Shown: in pieces, positions 10,046-22,077 of the stretch
How the letters are laid out: the number at the start of each line of letters is the position of its first letter
Numbering within the stretch: position 1 is the stretch's first letter
DNA from: Calditrichia bacterium
GTDB lineage: Bacteria; Calditrichota; Calditrichia; JAJRVZ01
Length of the DNA: 64,000 nucleotides
Reading direction: 5' to 3'
Assembly: GCA_963796965.1 (NCBI GenBank)
Contig: CAWCNS010000011.1
Coordinates: forward strand, 64,001-128,000
Notes under the pieces: model-generated
The model's input: only the letters and a program-made list of their open reading frames with translations
Databases searched by the model: none
What the model was told of the DNA's origin: nothing
Position numbers and translations under genes: made by a program

Positions 10046-11164
10046 CATATGGCATGAATCCGGTTATAAGCCTCTAACTGTTCCTCAGGAGATTTACAAT
10101 AGGTTGTTACCATTAACTTCATACCGGGTTTCCATAGTTTTTGTACCATTGTACTTATCGTATCCACATCCCCGACTATTCTTGCATTTACAACGACATT
10201 GGAATCTGCAAATGTATGAAAGGGTTCCACGGGGTTAGGATCAGGATCTGTTTCTGAAGAGAATGCACCATCAACAACCTTCAGATTATTCATTTTTTTA
10301 ATATGGGCCACCCTTCCGGACCAATTCCCACAAGAATGAAAAGCCGGCCCCCCAAAAGCATTTCCAAACTTTTCAGTGAAGGGCGCACAAAGACGCATAT
10401 AATCATCACCGGATATCATGAGCATGTTATCATCACTCATACCAATCCCTTGAAAATGAGGAGAGGAAGGAAATCCATGCCCGGGCCAAACGACAACAGA
10501 TTCGAGAAACTCTAATTGTTTTCGGGTAAATACAATGGCCAGGTCGGCCACCCTGTCTAATAATTGCATAAAGTTTTCCGGATTCATCACCACATCCATC
10601 ATATCAGCTGGTAGAATCAACCACATAACTGGCACTGTTTAGGGGAGATTGGGTATCAGTCAAGGAGATGGGGATTTTGCCATTAGTTTTATCCAAGAAA
10701 TAGGTGATCATTCTAAGGATATGTTCACCTATTCTTGTATTCTCTACAGGAACCGGATCATATTCTAATGCTTCTGCAGTCGTATTGAAAGATCCATCAA
10801 CTGCCGGTGCTTGATTTTCGGGCCATTGATAGTCAAACCCATAGGCGGAAGCGATGGTTCCGATACCATACCAGGGTTCAAGAAAATTAGGGATATCGGC
10901 TTTATAGGCCATACTTTTTTGCAAAGCACCCAATTGCCATTCCAGGGAATCCTGCATATTTCTTGATCCATGGGAAAAAACTTCAGCGACCCTCATGCGG
11001 CGATATACAAGAACCCCACTTTTTTTTAACCAAAATTTTTTGCACCCTTCCAGCAGGCTTTGTTCATATTCGGAATAAGCTTCCAGATTAAATTTTTCTG
11101 GTTTGATTGGTTCAATTGCCGTGGCCTGGGCATCGGCCAGGCTGGTATCAAACGATTTGGGCAT
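10030..11164 (-). CDS. Uroporphyrinogen decarboxylase/MtaA-like family protein (frameshift near 10620)
   Basis: TDTQSPLN.A, SDD...MIS..Y...C.P and FHSCG across two overlapping ORFs. Confidence 0.75.
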
Positions 11165-11219
11165 ATTTTCTCCAGTTTATAAACAATAGATATTGAATAT
11201 TGAATGTATTTATTCATCT

Positions 11220-11448
11220 CTCGCAAAGCCGCAAAGACGCAGTTTTTATTTGTTTTGTATTTTTATTAGGTATTTCAGAATATTTTTTACTGCTTTCTGC
11301 TCCTCTGCTTACTTTTATATAGGTCTTGGGGTTATTATTTCTTTTCCTATTTTAATCATTGATGATTTATACTCGGCTGACGATAGGATATCGACACAAT
11401 TATCGGAATGTCATAAAATTCTTTGCGTCTTAGCGCCTTTGCGAGAAG
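11220..11448. repeat. Inverted pair of CGCAAAG-type repeats
   Basis: CTCGCAAAGCCGCAAAGACGC ... CTTTGCGTCTTAGCGCCTTTGCGAG. Related copies near 2563, 13740/14025 and 15881. Confidence 0.7.
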
Positions 11449-11484
11449 GAAACAACATTACCTGAAGCGAAATTTATCTTTCGT

Positions 11485-13673
11485 CTATGCCCCAATTGAA
11501 ACCAGGAACGACATAAATCCCACTAACAATACGACGATTATCACTGATATTAAAAAGCCTGTCCAGTCTTGCCGATCCCAACGGTCAAATTCCCAATTCG
11601 AATTCGGGAATAATTTATATTTTTGTACACTTTCCGGATTAGCATAAGCATGTTCAAGATTTTGTTGGTCTATCACAGGATCAGAATCTACTAATACTTT
11701 CATTTTAATATAAAATCGTTCAACATTTGTGGTGAATTTTACCCTTACTAACAGGGCAACAATAAAAAACACAATAAAGGGTACAAGGGTACGGATTAGA
11801 ATCCGTATTGTCTCATTCAGGGCATATGGATTTTGCTGTAAATCAAAGCCTAGGCCATCTAGCAACACGAGCTCCAGATTCAATAAACCACCACCTTTGA
11901 GATTATTATCTTTATCCGATTTAATACCTTTTGTCCAAAATATTGACTTTTTAGGCAGAACATAGGTTTTTACAATCGATTCACCCATTTTCAGTTTTTC
12001 TGGTTTTGGCGTACACTCCCTCCTTGACAGAATCCATCTGGAGCCACCGATCAATATCTTTATCCCGGTCTTCGATATCCACCATCTTTGCCAGATAAGT
12101 ACGTTGGATTGGAGCAGGATTTGTCGTTTTTAAGAGATCCTGGTCTGTTCTCAGACCTGGTCCGAATAAAGGAAAGAGTAATGGAAGAATATAAAAGAAC
12201 AAGGACGTAAACACGATGGAAGACCAGGCTGCCGGAGCATGTGCGCGACGCCACTTCATCCCTAGCCAAAAGCTTGCCGCAACCATTACATTTACTTCCC
12301 ACATAAATTTTAATATTTGTAAAATTGAATCAAATTGCGTGGCAATAAGAGCAGACCCAATTATCACCAATCCCCCGGCAACCCGGCCGATCAGAACATA
12401 ATGTTTTTCAGATTTTTTGGGTACAAGTGGTCGGTAAATATTATGGGTTAATAATCCCGAACAGGTTATCATCAGGCAATCGGCTGTTGACATTTGAGCG
12501 GCCAGCAGACAGGAGATCATGAGCCCTACCAAACCTAAATTTAGTCCTCCAAGAAGATCCCGTGTGGCGTATCCCCAGATGTAATCAGGGTTGGTCACTT
12601 CCCCCGAATATAAAATAATGGTAGTCAAAGCGAGGAATCCCCATAATATCGTTACAAATCGTTTCATAAAACTGCCGGTTACAAAACCAACTCTAGCCGC
12701 ATTTTCATTTTTTGCAGATCCATTAGCAATAAGAGAATTTGGTTGAATAACCACATTTAACATACCCATGAAAGCGATGGCCAAAATATAATACCAGGTA
12801 AAATCTATGGTTGTTGGAGATCCAAAAATCTCAAAAGCGGATTCCGGGAGATGGCGATGTAGAATTCCCATTGCATCCGACATACCCTCCCCCCCAAAAC
12901 GAAAGCTAATCTGATTCAGGGAAAACGGGATCAGAATAAGTGATAAGATAATAATAAATATACCTTGTATGGTATCGGTAATGAAGGCAGCCTCCAACCC
13001 GCCCGTAACCGCATAAGCGATGACCGCCAAAACAATAATCCAAATAAGCATATTCTGATCTATTTTGGAGAAGATTTTTTGTGGTTTTAAAATATCAAGT
13101 TCAGCAAGTCTATCTTGTTGATTGTCATCCAGGTATTGATAATCAATATTCCGAAGGGTTTCCCATTCTATGGCTAAATCATATTCCTGCCGCTCTTCCA
13201 ATGACAATTCATTTACAGATTTGGGTGTAAGTGCTGCCACGGTTTTAGTAATGGCAGTAAAGCCCACGGCGAGTATCGCCATCAGGCCAATACTGCCGAT
13301 AATGGCATAGACACCAGCTAATGATTTTGAGCCATACCGCTCTTCAAAAAAATCACCAAGGGTGAGTAGACGAAGACGCCTCATCCAGGGCATCACCAAC
13401 CAGTAGAACGGTGTTGCAAAAAGATAAATAAGCGAGCCTCCACATACCCGCAGCGCCATTACTAAAGGTGGTGGTTGAAACACCAATAGCAGTATCTGCC
13501 GAAGTACCTTGTCCAAAGGCTGCAAATGTTTGGATAAATTTACCAAACCGTCTACCTGCCAAAAAATAATCTTCCTGATTTTTTATACGCCTCATAGACC
13601 AGAGACCGATGGCAATGACTATAACGAAATAGATAATAATAACAATGATATCAATAAGAGGTAAGCCGAACAT
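11485..13673 (-). CDS. Sodium:solute symporter (SSS) family protein, split by two frameshifts
   Basis: EDYFLAGRRFG, GDFFEERYG, GGLEAA..TD..QG, AAQMSTAD; polytopic membrane protein. Confidence 0.9.
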
Positions 13674-14202
13674 AGTATCCAACACCTTTAAATTCAATGA
13701 TTTAAAACAGGAATTTAGATAAAACCATATCAATATTTCACGCAAAGACTGCCGCCGAGGCGCCAAGCCGCAAAGTTATATATTATTAAAATTCATTATT
13801 ATTATGCAATGTCTTGACCATGTATTTACAGATTCTTGACTTCAATTTTGAGAGAAAAAGATGCAAGTCAAGGTCATCCTGAGCCCTGGCCTGTCGCTAG
13901 GACAGGCTTGTTTCTCCAAAGGAGTCCTACGGATAGAATCTAAGTGTTTAATTTTTATAAGATTCCAAAATCCCGAATTTCATTCGGGAGGATGACGAGT
14001 TCTGCCTACTCAAAAATACTTTTTCTTTGCATCTTGGCACCTTTGCGTGAGACTAATTTGAATTAATCTGGCCATAACCTTTGACAAATATACAAATAAT
14101 ATCAGAAATAAGTAGAGAGTAAAATATTACAGAATTGGATTATTACACCCCATTCTTCCAACTCCCTATGTATTCTCTAAATCTTATAGGGAAAAAATAC
14201 AC

Positions 14203-14231
14203 TTGACTTAAACGAACGTTCGTGCTAATTT
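14203..14231 (+). promoter_or_regulatory. Sigma70 promoter with a palindromic TetR operator in the spacer
   Basis: TTGACT-17 nt-TAATTT with a TGn extension. The perfect palindrome ACGAACGTTCGT lies at 14212-14223. Confidence 0.8.
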
Positions 14232-14236
14232 ATGAC

Positions 14237-14839
14237 ATGATTAAAGGAAGCACGACAAAGAACACAATCATCGAGGCTGGGCTTGAAGTTGCCAGTCGTT
14301 TCGGTCTTGAATGTGTAACCATCGGCAACCTGGCAAAAGAAACGAAAATGTCTAAGAGCGGATTATTCGCGCATTTTCAATCAAAAGAAAATTTGCAGAT
14401 TGAAATTCTCGAGCATGCGTCCGTGGAGTTTTCTCAATATGTTGTAATTCCGGCACTCAAAACAGAACGCGGTATACCCAGAATCAAGAAACTTGTAAAC
14501 CGTTGGATCGAATGGAGTTACAAACTAAGTGGTGGATGTATATTTGTGACAACAAGTTCTGAATATAGTGAAAGACCTGGTAAAATTCGCGACGTATTAT
14601 TGCATCAGCAAGAGTCCTGGATTGATTGCCTTCATAGGGTAGCTACATCGGCAATTAAAGCGGGTGATTTTAGAAAAAATATTGATTGCGATCAGTTTGC
14701 CTATGACTTGTATTCGCTCTTATTAGGCTTCCATTATTATGACCGATTACTAAATGATAAAAAATCAAAAAAAAGACAGAATGTAGCATTAGAAAGACTT
14801 CTTAACACCTATCGCCCTGCTCCATCTGGTACAATTTAA
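14237..14839 (+). CDS. TetR/AcrR family regulator (probably leaderless, ATG at 14237)
   Basis: HTH motif TIGNLAKETKMSKSGLFAHFQSKE and a GGCIF motif. Confidence 0.92.
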   Translation: MIKGSTTKNTIIEAGLEVASRFGLECVTIGNLAKETKMSKSGLFAHFQSKENLQIEILEHASVEFSQYVVIPALKTERGIPRIKKLVNRWIEWSYKLSGGCIFVTTSSEYSERPGKIRDVLLHQQESWIDCLHRVATSAIKAGDFRKNIDCDQFAYDLYSLLLGFHYYDRLLNDKKSKKRQNVALERLLNTYRPAPSGTI

Positions 14840-14862
14840 TTGGGATTAACCGAGGTATCACA

Positions 14863-15780
14863 ATGTCAAAGCGAGACATAAATGAAAACTATAATGGCAC
14901 GAACGTTCGTATGAATTTAATAAAAAAGAAACTCCTCAAATTAGTATTAAGTGGCTTGTGGTTTATATGGCCATCTTTTGTCGAACGAATAATCCTAAAA
15001 CTTTTTTTCTCTCCTTCCCCCTATCGGTTAAACGATAAGGAGAAGGATCTTATCGAACAGGGAGAATCCTTCTATATCTTGTCTCGTGGAAACCGAATAA
15101 AATGTTGGAGATGGGGCAAAGGACCTGTCATTCTTTTTGGCCATGGCTGGAATGGGCGGGGAATACAGTTTCATCACTTTATTACCTCTATTGTCAATGA
15201 AGGATATACCGCCGTGGCCTATGACGCTCCTGCCCATGGAGAGTCGGAGGGTCAATTCAGTAACTATTTTGATTTTACCGATGCCCTAAGAGCCGTCTAT
15301 AGCGCACTCAAACAGAAGGATTTTCATGGAATTATTGCACATTCTCTCGGAGCAGCAGCCGCTATTAACATGGCAGAAAAAGAGGACTACAAAGGTAGAC
15401 TTTTACTCATTGCATCACCCCTTAAATTAAAAGAATTGCTTTTTAAAACCTTTGACGATTTTGGGATTCCTAAGATTATTTACCAGAGTTTGATTCAAGA
15501 CCTGGAAAGAAATTATGAATATAATCTTCACTTTGACAATCCATGCCAAATATTAAAAAGATATAAAAATCAAATACATATCATTCATGACACAACCGAT
15601 CGTATGATTCCATTTGAACAGGCAGAAAAAATCGCAGATTATTATAGCCATATTCAGGTTCACCTCACAGAAGGGTATGGACATAGAAAAATCCTCTATC
15701 AGGACGCGGTTATAAATATAATATTAAAAATCCTTAAACAGCCTGAAGACGAACTGAAATCCATGCAACAGGCTTCCTAA
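14863..15780 (+). CDS. Alpha/beta hydrolase
   Basis: HGWNG, DAPAHGES, AHSLG nucleophile elbow, HD..D, GYGH. Confidence 0.9.
   Translation: MSKRDINENYNGTNVRMNLIKKKLLKLVLSGLWFIWPSFVERIILKLFFSPSPYRLNDKEKDLIEQGESFYILSRGNRIKCWRWGKGPVILFGHGWNGRGIQFHHFITSIVNEGYTAVAYDAPAHGESEGQFSNYFDFTDALRAVYSALKQKDFHGIIAHSLGAAAAINMAEKEDYKGRLLLIASPLKLKELLFKTFDDFGIPKIIYQSLIQDLERNYEYNLHFDNPCQILKRYKNQIHIIHDTTDRMIPFEQAEKIADYYSHIQVHLTEGYGHRKILYQDAVINIILKILKQPEDELKSMQQAS
14897..14910. promoter_or_regulatory. Second TetR operator copy inside the 5' end of the hydrolase gene
   Basis: GCACGAACGTTCGT is the reverse complement of the 14-mer at 14212-14225. Confidence 0.75.
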
Positions 15781-16284
15781 TTTATTAAAATATCATTGGC
15801 CTCATTTATAGCAGAGATCATGTAAAAATAAAAATCCATGCTATGCGCTTTGCTCCTTACACTATGCAAATACAAATCCCCTTTGCGGCTTAGCGTCTTT
15901 GCGCGCATTAACCAATCAAACAAATCACCGAATTTCTTCCTAATTCCTACAACTGAAAGGCATGGCTTATCTTTATATCTTACCAAAATTGATACCAATA
16001 GTAAGCCTTTGATTAAAATATTAACATAAATGTTCATTAGTCGTTCGCGAATGACCAATACACTATAACAATTACTTTATTTGTTTTCTCTGCGCGACAA
16101 CTAATCACCCCTACCCAAACCTGAATGATCCCAAATCTCAAATAGATATACAGAAATATGTAAATTTACATTATTTTAAAATATTTTAGACTTTTGGAAA
16201 TATTTAATCTCTTAATTCTATTTTAATAGACTTATAAATCTATTTAATAACATTTTCTAATATTTTCACTCAACTTAAAATTCT

Positions 16285-16979
16285 ATGAAGACCATCTTAC
16301 TCTATTGTGTTGAGTTTTATCCTCATTTCGGATATCCCTCCAATCATATGCGCAGGATAAGCAATTGATTACAGGAACTGTTTTTATCCCCGGTTGTGAA
16401 TAAGGAGAAACGTACCTTTAGGGGACGGTTATATCGCAATCGTTTATCCGCACGTAAAAAAAAGCAATCCGTTGCAAAGAAAGTGCAATCCGCCTTCTCC
16501 GATGTAATCGTTAGTGCCCATCCCCTATCCTATGTCTATGAGGTAGATTCACTTCCTCCTGTAAATATTCTCCAGATAAATGCCGAATTTGTCCCACGTA
16601 TTATACCCGTTACACCAGGCACAGAGATTCGCTTCATAAACAGGGATAAATTTTTCCATAATGTCTTCAGCATTACAGCCGGATGAAAGTTTAATATCGG
16701 AAGGAAACCAACGGGTATAATTGAGCGGAGAAAAATTGAACAACTGGGCGAAGTCAAACTTTTTTGTGATATTCATGCTCAAAAATGAATGCAACTGTTA
16801 TTTGTATCAACACGCCCTATTTCACCAGGGTTCAGGCTAATGGACGATATCTCATATCTGATCTTCCTGAAGGGATGTATGAATTAAAAATTTACCATCC
16901 GGATCTTCCTGAGATTAGTGAGATTATTGAGATTGCTGCTGGACAGAAAATAATCAAAAACTTTACCCTAAGTCGTTAG
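16285..16979 (+). CDS. Secreted cupredoxin-like (MauL-like) protein with a carboxypeptidase-regulatory-like C-terminal domain; interrupted
   Basis: F.PRI..V..G..I.F.NRD...HNVFS, then KLFCDIH..M and Y.LKIYHP. Frameshifts plus an in-frame TGA at 16684. Confidence 0.75.
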
Positions 16980-16985
16980 GATATT

Positions 16986-18691
16986 ATGCGATTTAACATT
17001 CAGACAAAGCTTTTTGTTTTAATGGTTGGTATGATGGCCCTAATATTTATCTGGTGTGCTTGTTGCTATTACCATGACCGTATCGGAAAAGATTGAGCAG
17101 CAGGTTATTGAAGATTTTAACAAAACCCAGGCTCATTTTCTAGAAGCAAAGCCTTATTTACGATCGCCTCGTTGGAGTCCTGCTTATTGATTGGTGAGAA
17201 TTCTACCTTTAAAGGCTGATGTTGAAATACATGCGATCCAGCCACGGTATATGAGGCGGTTATGTATCTCTCTAATTTTGCCATGGTAGATCTTTTTATT
17301 GTAACCGATGAATATGGTAAAGTGCTTGCCCGGTTTGACCAACCGAATAATTTTGGTGATGATCATCACTAATCACCCCAGCGTAGTTCGTGCTCTTAAT
17401 GGCATTATACCGGATATCGATCCGTACGTGCGGCGGAACTCTGGACTATTGACAATCAGACTTTTTCAGGTCGCCACAGTACCACTATATTATGATGACT
17501 ATCGCATTATTGGATCAATTTCGTTAGGCACCCAAATCACAAACCATGAAGGCCAAGGCATTAAAAGGGGATTCAAATATCGATATTACCATGTATCTTG
17601 GCGAAGGTGTACTTGCCTCTACTTTTTCGGATTCCCTATCTAACTCTGAAATTGACTCTCTTATCTGGTTTCAGGCAAAACATCAACCAATAATAGATAC
17701 TGTTTTGTCTGCAATGAATCCAAGTTCAGCCTTTACCAGCAAATTAAATTCTGATGAAGTTTTTGCTTTTATTTCTCCACTTGGTGAGGGCGTGTCAGCG
17801 TTCTATCTGGCAACTGTAAAAAAAGCAACAGAACTACTCATTCTGGATGCCCTGCGCAAAAACATCTTTATCACAGCTGGAATCAGCATTGCCATTACCA
17901 TATTATTAGCCCTACTGCTCGGAAGAACCTTTTCAAATCCTATACTACGATTAGTAAAAGGTATGAATAAGGTCAAAGAAGGTGATTTGAGTATTTCTGT
18001 AAATCCTTCGAGCAAAGATGAGATCGGATTGCTTACGACCACATTTAACGGCATGATTGTGGGGTTACGAGAACGGTTGCATCTGATGAAGTATGTGGGG
18101 ACGCATACGATTGATATGATCAAAAAATCATCTCACGAGGTAGTTTCACTAAGGGGTGAACGCCGGGAATTAGCTGTACTTTTCTCAGATGTTCGGGGAT
18201 TTACTGCATATAGTGAGCACCATACCCCAGAAGAAGTTATCAATATGCTCAACCGTTATCTAGGCTACCAGGCAGATCTTGTAAGTTTATATAATGGCTC
18301 GGTAGATAAATTTGTCGGTGATGAAATGGTTGCCCTCTTTATAGGAGAAGATTCTGTTAAACAAGCACTGGATTGTAGTATTGCTATTCAACGCCTTGTC
18401 AAAAAAGAACATGAGAATGATCCAACACCTGTCTACATAGGAATCGGTATAAATCATGGCCCCGTGGTTCTCGGTAATATGGGGGCAACAGAACGTATGG
18501 ATTATACCGTTATTGGGGCTGCTGTCAACCTTGGCGCAAGATTATGTTCAGCTGCAAATCCGGGCCAAATACTCATCAAAAAAGATCTAATCAATGGACT
18601 CTCTGATGAATATCATATTGGAGATTCAAAAATGATGTCATTTAAAGGATTCTCTCATGAAATTGAGATCGTTGATATACTGGCGACATAA
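16986..18691 (+). CDS. Membrane-bound HAMP + class III adenylate/guanylate cyclase; 5' part frameshifted
   Basis: HAMP DEIG.L...FN.M, LFSDVRGFT, DKFVGD, GIGINHG, DYTVIG.AVNLGARL. Confidence 0.88.
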
Positions 18692-19893
18692 TTTTCTCAT
18701 AGGATTAAGTATCCTGATTTTCCTCCCGCTTTTATCCCGGGCACAGGTGGATTTCAACGGTACTTTAGACTTGTCTGTGGCAAAGGGCGGTAAGGAATCA
18801 AAATTTATCACCAATGAAATTAATAATGAATATCGCAATTTACACATGTCTATATACCAACTTAATTTATTTGCCTTTGCACAGGTCACAGATGATTTTT
18901 TCGTGAATGCACGGATTCAGTGGGATATCTGGGGAACAGGCAAATTAAATGCGGCCCGAATCACCCTTGCTATGATTGGATGGGAACCTGAGGAATCAAA
19001 CTGGAGTTTGGGTATTGGTCGATTTGTATCGCCCTTTGGTCTCTATCCCCGGCGAATATTATCTGCAGATAATCTTTTTACCCAGGCACCTCTGGGATAT
19101 GGTTATTTTATTAATATGTCAGATGAAAGAGGTTACTGGCCGAAAGCCGGTGACTCTGGAATTTATGGACCAAATGATGTCGGTTTGACCACCGTCTACT
19201 TTGGTGGATATAGTACCGGTTTTTTAGCCAGCTTGGATCATTATACCGGATTTATTCAATATAGATCTCGCGCTAACAAACGCAGCCATCACATCACAGA
19301 GAGATTATACAAATCTGGCAAACATGGGGGGAATTATTCGCTTTGGTTTTCAGCCATTCATTTACTGGCAGCAAGGCATTTCAGTAAGTTATGGTAGCTT
19401 TATGCAAAGGGCTGGTGTGAACACCCTTTACGATGATTTGGAAAATTACACACAAAGTATCGTTGCCACCGATATTATTCTTGCACATTCCTATTTTGAA
19501 CTCTCAGGAGAATTTATTTATTCTCTTTGGGATGTGCCTATGTTTACCGGTACAGATTTTATAAAAAATGATAATAATCAGTTAAAAAAATTCAATCTAC
19601 GAAATTATTCTGCTTATGCAGATTTTAAATATGAGCCTCCCTTCTTTACCGGCTTTTATATTGCGTTGCGCTATGACATGTTACATTTTCTTGATTCAAA
19701 AGATATTGAAGACGTTAATTCAAAGAATTTCAACCCCTGGGATAATGACGTCACCCGACATTCAGTGGCCATGGGTTATAAATTTGCCCGTCCCATATTA
19801 TTTAAAGTCGCCTATATGACTCAAACAACCAAGAATTTAGATCCGGATCCCGATGATGATACGATTATTGCAATTTTAACAGTCTCATTCTAG
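18657..19893 (+). CDS. Outer-membrane beta-barrel (porin-like) protein, frameshift near 19235
   Basis: Signal peptide, GRF.SPFG motif, alternating beta-strands, terminal Phe (LTVSF). Confidence 0.7.
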
Positions 19894-20046
19894 CCTGATC
19901 AAATCATATCACCCCGTTATACGTGTCCTTTGACCCCGTAATAGCGGGGGATGGAAATATATTTATCGGGAGCAGCTCTGCGAGAAAAGAATATTCTCAA
20001 TTAGTAAAATATTTGCAAAAATACAAATATAAACCAGGGGGATAAT

Positions 20047-20625
20047 ATGGAAAGAAGAAATTTTCTAAAGTCATTAAGCTTATACCGGTGGAATTGTAAC
20101 TACCGCCGGACTTGTTAACGCCTGCTCATCATCAACGGCAGCAACAGACGGGGACTTCACAGAGGATGAACCAATTGTTAGAGCAGGAGCAGAGTTTGAA
20201 GCAATGGGCGTAAAAACCTATGAAGCAGCCTGCCAATTCGGGACTTCTGGAAGACCAGGCGATTATTACTACCGCTGTTGCCTATATGAATGACCATATG
20301 AAGCACTTGGATGAGTTAAATAAACTTTTATCAACGAACGGCTTTGATGAGATAAATCCCGCTAATGCCAGCCCCGATCCCGGTGTTGGCAGTGTCGCCA
20401 ATCAAACCGATGTTCTAAACCTTGCTTTAAATGTCGAGTTTCAGGCCGCCACATTCTATTTTTCAAATATTGTAACCGCGATCAAAAGCGCCTCTGCACG
20501 AACGGTTTTCGCCAATATCCTTCCTGTTGAGACAGACTCATTTTACAACATACAAAAATGTTCTTGGCTATACACCTGCGATCGATGGATCACTTTTTGA
20601 AGATTTGACCTCAGGATTGGATTAA
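20047..20625 (+). CDS. Tat-exported ferritin-like domain lipoprotein; frameshifted
   Basis: MERRNFLK Tat motif and NAC lipobox; E...Y, DH..H, LNLALNVE..AA.FY and ILPVE..H ferritin-like motifs. Confidence 0.7.
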
Positions 20626-20864
20626 TTAATTTTTTAAGCAAAGAGAAAACGTCTTGCCAGGACGCAGAGGCACAGAAAGTTTAAAGAAAAAAGACAAAAC
20701 ACAAAGACTAAATAGAATAAAAAAACTAAAAATGTAATTCGTGAAATTCGCTTAAATTCGGCCTGTCCCGTTCTACGGGAGTAATTAGTAGAAGAAATCT
20801 TTTATCTCTCGTGTCTTTGCATGATATAACCAATTGCAGGGATTAGTCATATTCCTGCTAATTC

Positions 20865-21815
20865 CTACAATTGGAAAGTGAAGGACATGTACCCCCAGCG
20901 GTGCAGCGTACCATTTTTAAATTCCGGCGAGACTTGTTGCATGCCTATTTCAAAATTAAAATATTTATAAGATAAATTTATACCACTCTTCGCTTTAATA
21001 ACAAAGGAATTTAATTCCATTCTATTAGTCTCAACTATTGGGTTGAAAAGTCCTCCCTGAAGTGTCGCATTATAAACAACCACATTCGCATCTATATTTG
21101 CAAAAGCGTACATCCGCCAGCCATTACTTCTGTAAAGACCCAAATTTGAAAAATAATCATGATATTCTCCTGCTCTCAAGGTCACACCGGTGCCCGCATA
21201 GGTATGGGGTAGGCCAACTGTTCCATGCAAATCCCCACTCATGCCAAACAGTTCATGATTTATCAACCCTTTTTCAGCCTCAAGGCTGTAGTTTAATGCC
21301 AGATCTGACTGAACCTGATTCTCCCAACCATATACATGGGAAGAAGTTGGCAATGCCGCATGAACGCCATTTTGAACCAATTCGCCACCAGCATACTTAC
21401 CTAAGACCCCCACTTCAAATTGTGAAGTAAAAAGAAATTTTGTATCATAGTTCAACGAGGTTTTTTTGCTGCCCACCAGAAGATAGGACGCAAAAGGTCG
21501 ATCCAGTTTATTATAGATCCCAGCATCCATTTTCTGTGGTGTAAATATGTCCTGTCTTAAGGTAACAGAATTGAAGCTTACAGACGCATCATTATGCAGA
21601 AAATGAAGTGGCGCCAATAAACCCATACTATTTTCTGTAACATACGCCAGGTTTATACCATTTGTATAATACTTGTCAGTTTGGAAGACCACATCATTGG
21701 CAAAGCCAAAGCGAAGCCATTGGCCATTTTTGCCATACTCCTGAGACCATCCGCTACTCACAAACAATCCCGCCATCATCGTCATCTGCATGACTGTCGT
21801 CATAAATTTATTCAT
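20865..21815 (-). CDS. Lipid A deacylase LpxR family (DUF2219) beta-barrel
   Basis: ND.....D.YYTNG, Q.IFTP, DRPFASYL, Q...H, GW.NQ, PEF...H.WG. Confidence 0.85.
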   Translation of the reverse strand: MNKFMTTVMQMTMMAGLFVSSGWSQEYGKNGQWLRFGFANDVVFQTDKYYTNGINLAYVTENSMGLLAPLHFLHNDASVSFNSVTLRQDIFTPQKMDAGIYNKLDRPFASYLLVGSKKTSLNYDTKFLFTSQFEVGVLGKYAGGELVQNGVHAALPTSSHVYGWENQVQSDLALNYSLEAEKGLINHELFGMSGDLHGTVGLPHTYAGTGVTLRAGEYHDYFSNLGLYRSNGWRMYAFANIDANVVVYNATLQGGLFNPIVETNRMELNSFVIKAKSGINLSYKYFNFEIGMQQVSPEFKNGTLHRWGYMSFTFQL

Positions 21816-21937
21816 ATCATATACTTATAAGATAAAACGGTAAAAAAGTTCATTTGGAAGGAGTTATGCGCTGGACACATCATTTTATAACACAGGCTGA
21901 GGTGTTAATCCGTTATAAAAAATTAATTGATATGATC

Positions 21938-22028
21938 GTCATCCTGAATTTATTTCAGGATCTTTAATGCGGTGTCTCAGATGCTGAAACAACCCTGTCC
22001 TGGCTACAGGCCAGGGTTCAGGATGACA
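21938..22028. repeat. GTCATCC/GTCATTCC-type palindromic repeat with a nested small insertion
   Basis: GTCATCCTGAATTTATTTCAGGATCT...TTCAGGATGAC. Relatives near 9006, 13874-13996, 30974-31058 and 57085. Confidence 0.65.
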
Positions 22029-22077
22029 GATTACCATTGGGTCATATTGAACTTATTCCATAGCTATGCTATAAAAA

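Noticed and set aside
15777..16058. Short ORFs between the hydrolase and the cupredoxin gene
   Set aside because: They overlap CGCAAAG-type repeats and have no RBS or family signal.
16684..16686. In-frame TGA in the cupredoxin-like gene (FSITAG*KFNIGR) as a second selenocysteine
   Set aside because: It is not at a Cys-ligand position (the C-x-x-H...M ligands are downstream and intact), and there is no convincing SECIS hairpin. A base error or nonsense mutation is more likely.
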